Of a DNA stretch of 64,000 nucleotides, positions 27,601 through 38,700 are shown in pieces. Position numbers and translations under genes: made by a program. The notes beneath the pieces are model-generated. The model saw only the letters and a program-made list of their open reading frames with translations. It made no database searches and was not told the origin of the DNA. Positions within the stretch are counted from its first letter, which is position 1. Each line of letters opens with the position of its first letter. The DNA is from Selaginella moellendorffii (lineage: Eukaryota; Plantae; Lycopodiophyta). The stretch covers positions 1 to 64,000 of the forward strand of contig NW_003314266.1 of the NCBI RefSeq assembly GCF_000143415.4, given 5' to 3'.

Positions 27601-30426
27601 ATGTCAGTTGGGAGTGGAGAATCAAGTGGGCGCTCGAGCATATTGTTACTAGCAACCATGTTGCTATGAAGAGTCTAAAGCATGGAATTGTCCATGCTAG
27701 ACCATATAGTAATTGGAAAACTTGCGAAAGGAGAGACCTTAGCAAGCTAAAGAACAGAGTTCCTTGAACGTCCCTCCTAGGTAGATAAGTACCTAGTCAG
27801 CCAAGTGTAAATGGTTCATAGAACGCGCGAAATCAGAGTGGCGCAGCAGAAGCATGGTCTTGAAGCTTGCCATGAGGTGAGGCTATCAAGGTTGGGGGAG
27901 TAGTTCCCAAGTGTTCAAAGAGAGGGCTTTGAACGAAAGTCGATGGTTAAGGTTTTCCACGCTTATGCATGAACCATGTTACGGTGGCCGGATGACTTGC
28001 TAAGTGAGATTGGCAAGTCCGGGGGGGGGGGGAACGAATACCCTAGTTGAAGGAGCCAACTTCAAAGGGGTGGCCCATGGGGCCGAGCATGGAGGAGTCC
28101 ATGCAAGATCACAGACATGCCAAGTGAGAGGATTTAGCAGTGTAGAGGAACTAGGTTCCTAAGTTGTGATCTATAGCGCGCTTTGAGTAAAAGTTGATGC
28201 ACCGGCGTGATGAGTCACGCCAGGCATCCTGGGTGATGCCGTCCGTAAATGCATATACGGAGGTTGGGTTCGAGTCCCGACCCTCTAGTGTTTGGGTTCG
28301 AGTCCCAAATCACTAGGGCGTGGTGATGGTTTGGAATATGAGGACACTCATATTTCAGTGGTCATGGACTCTCAGTGAGGAGACTGGCTTGGGCACACCG
28401 CCAAGCGAGGGATGCTTCGGAGTCGTGATACACGGTTAGATTGCTTAGTGTGGCTCGGCATATCTAACTTGAACACTTTGGTGCAAGTGGCACCAAGGAC
28501 GTGGTGAATGAGATGGGGACACCCAGTCTCAGTTGCTATGAACCCTTGGCCGGAAGGGCTAGCTTGGGCACACCGCCAAGTGTGGGGGATGCCCCCGGGG
28601 TCATGGTCAACAAATTAAAGGTCTGGGAGACCTAGTACCTATTGGCAAACCTGTTAAGGTGTCAAGATTAGATCACTAGGTGATCGTCTGGCTAAACAAG
28701 GACGAGGTCCTTTTGAGGTTAAGGAACAAGGTTCCTAGTTCAAAACGTTGATTTGAACTATTGATAATGGTGTGGCTTGGTCAAGGTGATTAAGTATGCT
28801 CTATTTCGTTAAAGTGGGATTTATTCAGTAAAATGGGACTAGGTACAAATTTTCAAGTATTTGAAAATGACGTGAAATTATATGTTTTTTGTCCAGGGGC
28901 TAGACATATCTGGGGCATGGTGACTAGAGCAGTGACTTTGTGTCCAGACTAAGTCCATCTGGTTGTATAATAAATCTCATTGTCAAGGTGAACAAGCCGA
29001 ATCTGAAGCTAAAGAAGAGCGATGGCATGCGCGCACACACTATTTGTTTGTTCATTGAGCGTGTGGTGAGCTTTCCAAGATGAACGTCATTCCTATTAGC
29101 TAGACATATAACTTAATGGTGAGAACATTTAGATATTATTCAATGTTATCTTTTTCTAACGAATCTAATTGTGAAGGTGTAGCAAGAGGCATTGCTAGTC
29201 TGGAGAAGTCATTTAACTCATTTGACCCTTAGTGTATTTTCATGAAACTAAATAACATTCATATTATTAAGGAATTTCTCTAGTACCTTTTTTTTACGAC
29301 ATAGAGGCTTGCATTTCTTTCAAAGGTGATTTAGTAAAAGGCCTGAGGGCACATGCCATTCTATTTCTCAGACCGGTATTAAGATATACTAGTGCAAAGG
29401 GAAAAAGGTATTTGGTGATCAAGTAAATGGCATGAGGGCACACGCCATTATAAGCCTAAGCGCTAGTGGACACCTCCTTTTTGGTACTCTCAGCGGTACT
29501 ATCATCCTTCTCCGGGTCAGTTGTTTTGCTTTGGATTGTTGTCTCTGACGTTACTGGGGCGTTCTCGATAATAGTTAATATTGCCGTTTGTTCAGAAAAA
29601 TGATCACCTTGAGTATAGTACGGGGAGTTTGGAAGACTTATATATTCTACATCTTCACCTATCTCCTTCTCCGTCTCCTTTTCTACCTCACTTACAAATT
29701 TTGTGCTTGCCATGAGAATGCTCTTCACCCTAAAATATGGAGTTCATTGTGTTATAAAAGGAAACCAACACACACGCTGCAAGGGAATGATGGTACATAA
29801 AGCACGTAAGCCCACAATATGGGTTTATGTGCCATTAATATGGGCCACACGCCATATTATTAGATTTATGCACGTGTGATTGGTAAATGCATATGTCACA
29901 TCATCTTTGTTTTACCTCACACACTATATCAGGCCTAATGAACCATATCACATGTGCACACATGCTATATATATGGAGAAGTATTATGCAAGGATAGAAA
30001 AATTCAATGCATGATTGTGGAGAGCAATGGCATGAAGCCACATGCTAAATAACATTTTAGAGAAAGAATTAAAATAAAAACATGCAAACAGTACTAAGTG
30101 GACCAAGACTTAGAAGTGCACAATTGAATGAGGTATTTCTAATAAATATTTCACTCACCTCATATAGGAATGGCTACCACTCTCAAATGGCGTATCGCCT
30201 CATGCCATCACCTCGCAATTTGTTATAACAATCCGATGAATTCATATTCGGCTTGTTCACCTTGAACTTTAAGTAAGATTTGCTAGAACAACTAAGAATT
30301 TATACTTGTTATTTGTATCATCTCACCTAGGAATGGCGTAAGGCCACATGCCATCACGCCTCCTCTGATTCAGATTTGGATTGTTCACCTTGAAATAAAA
30401 TACATTAGAAACTTAGTAAAGGAATA

Positions 30427-33251
30427 TTAATGAATCTCACCTTGAACCCGGGTTATGAATGCTCTTGCTGCATCTCTTGCATGGTCTGGCAAGGTGATGG
30501 TGGCACTCTGCTTCCGCATCCAACCATGCACAACATTATCCACCGATATGCTCATGCTGGGATCCCTTGGATTCAGCACCCATCTCTTTCTAGGCAATCC
30601 TTCGTATATCCGGAACTTGGCTTGAACCACTCCACAGTTACATTGAAGGAGTTAGTTTCCGCATCCTCCTCTGCATCAGTGATGCAGCGCCCCACCCATA
30701 TCATTTGTTTTTTATTACTGGGTCTGACAAACACAACCATTCCTTTGCAAACCTGTACTGGATTGAATGCTGAATCCGGCTTCTTGTTCCTCGGCCCACA
30801 ATAGTGATCCTCAACATCGTTATCTGTCACTGCATTTCCAGAGGACATTGTTCCGCTACTATCTGGTGCTCTGGGTTCTGGCCAAAAGGACTCTTCCAAT
30901 TCTTCATATACAACCGGCCCATTTTGGATAGCAGATATAATCTTCTCCCAGTATTCGAGCAAAGGCTTGCACCTCTGAAAATAGGATTCTCCACCAAACA
31001 CCAACCCCCTCTTCCAGAAGGCAATATGCTGTCTAATCCTGGCCACTATACTTTCCTGGTCTTTGAGTCCATCCGAGTGCATCGGCCGTGGGGAACCCTG
31101 AGGAATCATAGGTTCCCCAGTTATGGGATCTCTCTTGAAGAGTTCAATGCCGTCCACTAGCAGCCACACTGTGTCCCATTCTCTCATCTTGTACCTCATC
31201 ACTGGAGCACCGTCATGCATGCTGAAATGAAACTGAAGAGGCTTGGAGTGGCTAATCAGCGTTTCGGATCCGTCCCTGATGTAGCCTCTTACAAACCCCT
31301 TAAAGTCTGGAACCTCTGTCACAAGTGCAGCTTCAACAGTGCCTTTGATGCAATTTTGGAATTCATCGTAGAGTTGTGGGAGGGTGAGGACATTGGATCA
31401 CTGGAGGGACTCTGCCAGGTGACTGAACATGGCATCGACATCTTCATGAGTGTGCCCAACCATGAGAAAGCCAAGTGTAACCGTTTCAAATATGCCTTTG
31501 GCAACAAGCATCGCCAAGTACGCGAAGACGTACATGTTTTTGTTCTCACTGCTAGCATTGTCTGTTTGGAGCAGAAGATGGGGTGGAAGGCCACATCGGC
31601 CGCAAAAACTTCCTTGAGATTCTGCTTCGTTTGGATGAGGCTGTGCATTCACCGGGCGACCAGCCTCGTCAGAATGGCATGAGGCCTCACGTGATAACCC
31701 TACAATCTGACGGCCAACATATTCACTGGGATGGCATGGGGCCCCACGCGATACTACAAGCCTTTGCTCCTCCTCCAGCTGAACCCTGTATGGGGTTCGA
31801 TCGACAAGGGCCTTATGTAAGGGTTGGCCGTTCAGCTCAGTCTGCGCACTTTGCAGAGACCTTAAGTGTTTTGCTAGGGACGCAATCATCATGTTTGCAC
31901 CCCCGCCACCCTATAGAGGTACAAAGAAGTTCCTATAGTTCTGGGCACCATGCCCATGAGCGATTATGCCAAACAAAGACACAGGCAACTGCATGGATGA
32001 AGAGATTGCCTTGGGGGTAGGATTGAGTCGAGGTAAGCATGTCTTTTTCTGGTCCATTTTGTCGTGGATGATGCAGAGGTAAGAGTCAGGTCTCTCCATG
32101 GAGAGAATCCTGTTATGATAATATGCAGTCTTGTAGCTTCTCTGCTCGATGTTGTGGTCGAGCCGCCTTCTAACCAACGTCTCTCGCTCTTGAGCGATGC
32201 AAGAATTCTTCGACAAAGCCATTTTGATAGCAGTGCACTCGTCACACTTTGAAAAGCTGGAGTACTTTCCTATACTCACATCCCTGAACCTGTTGCTCCA
32301 CAATCTACTAAATCTAGATTGGCTCAGCTTCCTGTAGCCATTACTCTGGAGTTCCCGATTCACATCTTCCAATATGGCCCCCTTGGTATACATGGAAGGA
32401 AGAACTCGTTGGGTGTCTCGAGTTCCATCTTCCAAGAGGCGGATTTTATGTGGTTGCTGCTCGCTACATGTCTCGACAAACCTCTTGAAGATTGCCTCTC
32501 CATATACAACATGACCCCTGGTTTTGTGAGTACCGTCGTTCCCATGGACTGCCTATTGAACCCTTTGTTCCTCGAACTCAGTTTTGATTCTGTAGAATGT
32601 GGTTCGAGGGACTCCATAAATGATTCTCCATGCCTTCATGCAGACCAAACCCCTCTGGAAGACCATGCCCCCCACCTGATGTTCTGAAGCATCAACAGAT
32701 GACCGTAATGCCTCATACACAAAATTGCGAGCTGCCTTCCAGGACAATGTCTTGTATCTTGCTCTCTCCTCTTCAATAGCATCCCAATCAGCATGTTGAC
32801 AGCACCTCCTCTTGCAACAAGCAACTGTCGAGACCATTCGAACCTCCATCGCCATTTTCTGCCTTTTCGGTTCGTTGCTCAGATCCCTTTGGCTGCGCTT
32901 TAGGAAGGTGTACTTTCTTTTCCCATGAAGAGATTTTCTGTCATCAGTTGTAGTGGTGTTTGATTGTGAATCCTTCACATTCTCAAACACTAAGTGCCTC
33001 AATTTCCACCGCACAATGCTTCCAATAGTCAGACTGTTTTCTTCTGTGTCAACAACCTCTAAAATCGCAACTCCAATATCATCCCAGCCCAATTCTTGAT
33101 TAGCAACCGCATCTCTTGGATCGACAACTGTGGCTAAGCCCTCAGCTACCACCTCCCCCTCGGGGTTGTTTAGAAACACCTTTGCCTGAATCCATGTAGC
33201 ACGGTTCTTAAGATCCACGGACGGAACATGCGTCGCACTTGTGGAGGCCAT
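30427..33251 (-). pseudogene. Sola-like (DUF7869-type) DDD transposase, ~940 codons, with 3 in-frame stops and 1 frameshift near 30590
   Basis: ORFs 32553-33251, 31911-32435, 31398-31892 and 30573-31322 share one frame; motifs CCKRRCC, VCMKAWRIIYGVPRTTF, FSKCDEC, IIHDKMD, LQTDNASSENKN, FLMVGHTHEDVDAMFS. Confidence 0.85.
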
Positions 33252-33890
33252 TCTGAAAGTGCAGAAAAGAAGTTAAGACCATACAAAAAATGATTGGAGA
33301 ATGGCCTAAATCATAACATACCAAACAACCTCAATAGCATGAGGCCACATGCCATTATTCAAACATGCTATTGACACCCACGTGAAATTTCGCATTCACA
33401 AAATTGGCATGAGGCCTCATGCCATCTTGATATACACACAGCTGCAGGCAAGTAAAAACATATATGACAATACGCTAGCCATGAAATTGCAAGGGCCCAA
33501 GATGGCATGTGGCCTCATGCCATTTCTAAATGTGGTCCTAAGCCATTCCATGGTGAACATACCAGGAAGCACAAGTGCCGAATATCAAGAGGAAGCGGTA
33601 GCCACACCAAAGACAGTGCCGCTCGCAACACCGCAACTGCTCGTAGCGCCGCTCGCACAAATTGCCACTCGCATAAACTGCCGCTCGCAATGGCGCTCGC
33701 AATGCCGCAACCGCTCGTAGACGCATAAACCACAGCTCACAACGCCGCTTACACAAGCAGCGCTCACTGCGCTCAGTGGAACCAAGAACACGGCGCACAA
33801 AAATGATAGACCTAGGAATGAGTTCGAGAATTCAAAAATAACACACGCTTGAATGTCACATCAAATCCTCTGACAAACCAGATCTTATGA

Positions 33891-34662
33891 TTCCTCTGAC
33901 AAATTTCAAACTAAGTAGCTTCTAGACTTTGCTGTCGGAGGTTGAACTTTGTCACATCATGTCCTTGCCTCGATCCAGCTGTGCCATGTCAGTGATTCAA
34001 ACTTTGCCATGCCATGTCAGCGATTTGCGCCAAGATTATTCACCGTGTAAAGGAATAATTATGCTGTGTGTGTACGTCCATTTATGGCAATATAAGGCCA
34101 CACGCCATTCAAAGAATAATGCTAGTCAAGCATTTTTTGGTGCATTTTTGGGTTCAAAATTGCACACGCTATAAAGTTTACCTGTACCAAAAATAGAAAC
34201 AGCTTTATTTACTTGGGAATTTAAGTGGTTGAGGCATTTTTAAACTTACAAACACATGCCCTACTTACATTCCTTTGGTTGCTTAAAATTCAAAAATATT
34301 ATAAACCTTTCTTTTTGCATTTTCAATGTTTTCAATTATGGTTTTTGATTTTCGCAGGACCAGCCTAGTAATCTATTTGCATCCCGTCATGTTTATAGCT
34401 AGCTTTCGTTTGTCCCCTTTGCTAGCCTGAGATACATCTGCTCGGCATCTGCCTCTTACAGCATTTGCCCAGAAAGGGCATCTTTCTTCTGACAAATTTC
34501 AATTCCTCTGACAAATTTCAAACTGAGTAGCTTCTAGACTTTGCTGTCGGACGTTGAACTTTGTCACATCATGTCCTTGCCTCGATCCAGCTATGCCATG
34601 TCAGTGATTCGAACTTTGCCATGCCATGTCAGCGATCCGCGCCAAGATTATTCGCCGTGTAA
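33891..34662. repeat. 160-bp direct duplication in the divergent promoter region (33891-34050 and 34503-34662)
   Basis: Near-identical copies starting TTCCTCTGACAAATTTCAAAC. Confidence 0.9.
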
Positions 34663-35754
34663 CTGCTCGGCATCTGCCTCTTACAGCATTTGCCCAGAAA
34701 GGGCATCTTTCTTCACGCAGCATTTGCCACATGTTTAGGGTTTAGGGTTTAGCAATTCAGTAGCTTGATAAACATGCAAATACAGAACTTGATGCAAAAT
34801 CCTTTGATATGTCAAGACCATAAACACATTTCAATAGAGAGGGTCCTTTCATTTCATAACTCCTTACGTAGATCTTAAGTTGGTTTCTTGTGATCCCGCA
34901 TCTGATTGTGATGTCCCTTTGTAGTGTCGATGGAAAGGTCAATGCACACCAAACTGTAGAATCTTGGAGCAAAATAACAGTCGGATCTATGGCAAATTCC
35001 CCTGAAACATTGTAAGGCTCGTGTGGTCTCATGTGGTGTCCGATCGAGATGCTTCTTTGCAGGGTCATCAAGAAGGACATTGTATACCATTCTTTATTTA
35101 GCTGAACATCTGGCATTTTTGGAAATACAAGATGCTTTGGAATATCCAATCATGCATGGTATAAATATAGCGAGGGTATTAAATGATATCCCAATCATGA
35201 TCTTTCTTTTGGATTTCACGTGCATGCAGTCCGAGGAATGATGACGTTGTGGATTTCTTTTGGATTTCACGTGCATGCATGTGCGCGGCAATCCAGAAAT
35301 TAATGGTGGCGCCCAAGTCCGAGGAATGATGACATTCCGGGATTACCAACCGTCGTGACATTTCGCGTGTGTGAGGTTAGGTTTTGCATTTTGCTTCGTA
35401 CTCGCGCTCGCATCGCGCTCCCACTCGCAATCACGCTCACATTCGCGCTCATCTACCTTCTCTACAGGTTTCTCGTGTGCATCGGCGTCCACTCGCGCTT
35501 GCATCACACTCACGCTCGCATCACGCTCGTGTGCATCGGCGTCCACTTCAAGACACACCCAGTTTGTAACTTCGCCGCCAACTCCGCCGCCCACTCCGCC
35601 ACCCACACGCAGCCCACTTGGCGTCCTGGGAGATTTCAGCGCCACTCTCCAACTGTAAGTGGCAGAGTAGCCTTGTTGCTACGATCCGCTGCACACACAG
35701 TGCACATTCGCCAGTGAGTCCGGCCTCGATTGTCACGCCTCCATTCGGCTTCAA

Positions 35755-38700
35755 ATGGTAAGTCTTTTAGGCCAAGTAGAAAATGGCATGAGGCCACATG
35801 CCATTCAGTAGCAATATTGGCATACACCGATTGGGCTCTCGAGTGCAGTCCGGTTACAGATGGCGTGTAGCCTCACGCCATCTTAGGATGTAGCCTCAAG
35901 ACATCTGATGTAGTGGTGAATGGCGTGTGGCCTCACGTTATTTCCAGCTGCTAGCTTTTCATCTGTCAGCTCTAATTGTTGTGCATTTCTGAACAGGCGA
36001 GGAATTGCGTTCTTCTTCCAGCCACTGTCAATGTGGATGCAGAGAAGGGGGAGGAGCTCACCAGTTGGACTTTCGGGATGGAAGGCGAGGATCTAAGGCT
36101 ATACAACACAGATGGTGGGAGAAAAGAATGCATGGGGATCCTCATCCAAGTGACAGACACTCCATGCAGTTCCATGCAAGAATATGGACTAGCACTTGTG
36201 GTAGAGACAGCGTCCGCCTTCAAGATCCACCTTGCACATCCTAGCGGCTTCCCGGAGGGGGGCAGCGGCTATGAGGAATTCCTAGAGGGAGCTAGGGAGA
36301 GGTTGTCCAGGAGGCCCACAATTTCAAAGACGCTGCGGGTCTATGAAGATCACATGGAATCCATAGACCTCACCTACGACGATGTTCAAAAACTATATTC
36401 CAACATTGAGCCGTTGAGAGTGCCTCCAATTCGCGAAGCGAAGGGGAAGGGGGTCGATCTGGAAACTACCCCAAAGCAGAAAAGGGTGGTCAAGCTCAAG
36501 TCGACATCCGACTCTCCTACTCCAAAAAAGAAGCTACTCGGTGATGCCATTGCCTCGAGTTCGAACACTACACCCACCAAAAAGAAGAGCCGCAAAGAGT
36601 AGAAAGAGCAAGAAAAGGCAGCAAAAATCGTCACAGATAATAGTACTTGTTACTATTCCAACAAAGTATATACAATCGACGTGAGCCGTATCGACATCCA
36701 AAGCAAATACAACCACAGGCTAGTATCTGATGAGTGGGTGGAGAAACTGAAGCAGAAGATGCTAGCAAGTCCAGTAACACCCGACATCGCAGACGTGATC
36801 CCCTACTACTGAACAATGAAGGGCGAGACGAGGTTTCCAGACTTGATCAATAGAAAGGTGTTGGATGATCAGAACATCCGGTTCTATGCCGTCTCTGGGC
36901 AGCATTCTAGCTTGGCAATGCAAGAGATAGTTGTGGATATTATGGTGGGCGAGGAGATGAAGAAAGTCTTCAAGACAAGAGTTGTCCGCCTGATAAAAGG
37001 CAACTTGCCCCTCCGATCTATCATATCCATCTCCCACGCGCAGAATGTCAAGCAAGAAACATGCTACAAATCGGGTCTGCACGAGACATTGGCACGAACA
37101 CGGAAGCTCTGGGTTCAACTGAAGAAGCCACAAAAACCAGGACAAGGACGTGCACTAGCAACTAGCGCCTGGCAAGTAAGCCTCGTTGCATGTGGCATAG
37201 CATGTGGCCTCACGCCATTTCCATTGCAGGAATTCTCGAGTCTTCTCTCGAAAACACTAGGGGTCAATGACACACTCAGCATCCATAACATTCTACTCGC
37301 GACAAAAATTGTTTTTGATAAATGGGTAGATGTGCTGAGGAGGTACCATGACGGGGAGTTGCTAAACTCAATGGGTGTGGAGGATGGCCGGAAGCCCAAT
37401 GATTTGAAGCTCAACGCCTTGCGTTTCTCGCGGTCTCTAGACGACGACGACCTTCTGACAGTGGCTAATGCTCTTCTACGTGGTGAGGTAGTCTTCAACA
37501 AGACCAAAATGACTCCCGGCCATATTGTGACATACGAGGACTTGTGCACGACTCTAAAAGCTCGTGCGCTATTGAAGGATTGGATCTTCGAGCAAGTGGC
37601 CATGGAGAGGGTGAGCATCGACACCACACAAGAGATGATGGAAGAGCTGGAGTTGTCAAATGAAGACATCGACAAGTACGTGAAGGGGGCCCCCAAGTTC
37701 ATCGATCTGCTACGGGATGCCACAAAAAGTAAAGCTGAGAAGTTGGAAGTATCCAAATTTCATTAAGAGGGATGTCGACCACCAGCTTCAGAAACAGCTC
37801 GACCCCGCAGCAGAGGCCTATCGAGAACCTTACCGGGTATACGTGAATTCGGATGAGGATCAAAGGTGGAGGAGCATCGTTTCCCGCGGAGATGAGCAGG
37901 TCAAGAACATCTTTTGTGTGATGGACTTCACAAACGAGGAGATCACTCATGCAGACGAAGTCAGCTCCATCATTGACTTAATGGTGGGACTTGTGGAGGT
38001 GGAATCTTTAGTCCACTATATGATCTACGACTCCGAATCCTATCACAAGTTCTGGAAGGTCTTGAACGAGGTGAAGGCTCGGTTGAAAGGCAAGGAGATG
38101 CGGGAGATCCATGGGATAATGGCTAAGAAGAAGATACCGACGAATGTCCGCATCTTCACACTCGCCCTTGTTATTGGTCCTGCAGCAGAGTGGGACTGGA
38201 GTGACTTCCCAGCTTCGTTCAACAAGGCCGATCGAATTGATCTGAGGGAGGTCAATTTACCCGTGCCTGAGGAACTGAAGACGGCTATGGAGCTTTCAAA
38301 TCCAAAGAAAGCTCCAGGTGCAGCATGGGAAATGCTCAGCTGGGTCTTCAACGCAATAGTGGGTGGGTCACCTGCTTCCGACTCCAAGGGCAAATGCGTT
38401 GTCGAGTACAACTGCGGCGGACTATTCTTTCGAGCCGCACTACTCAAGGGTGTCCCGTGTGTTGCGGTGACAAACTCCATTGAAAAGGTGACTTCAATGG
38501 AGCATATAATTACAGTTGCCAAAGATAAACAGTATCTTCTCTGCGAACCTGGTGAGTACGCACTTTAAGTTTAAATGTTATCTCACAAGCTCTGTATGCA
38601 GGAGCGTGGCCACCCCCAGATGCTGAAACGGCGTTAATAGCTACTGTTGAAGATACCCATGTTGGGTCGAGCTCACAACCTGCACAAGGTAAGGTCACAT

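Noticed and set aside
34734-34751. Telomere
   Set aside because: Only about 2.5 TTTAGGG units at an internal position; at most a telobox-like promoter motif.
37749-37767. 19-nt GT-AG intron joining ORFs 36816-37766 and 37717-38568
   Set aside because: Much shorter than other introns here; a 1-bp frameshift is simpler.
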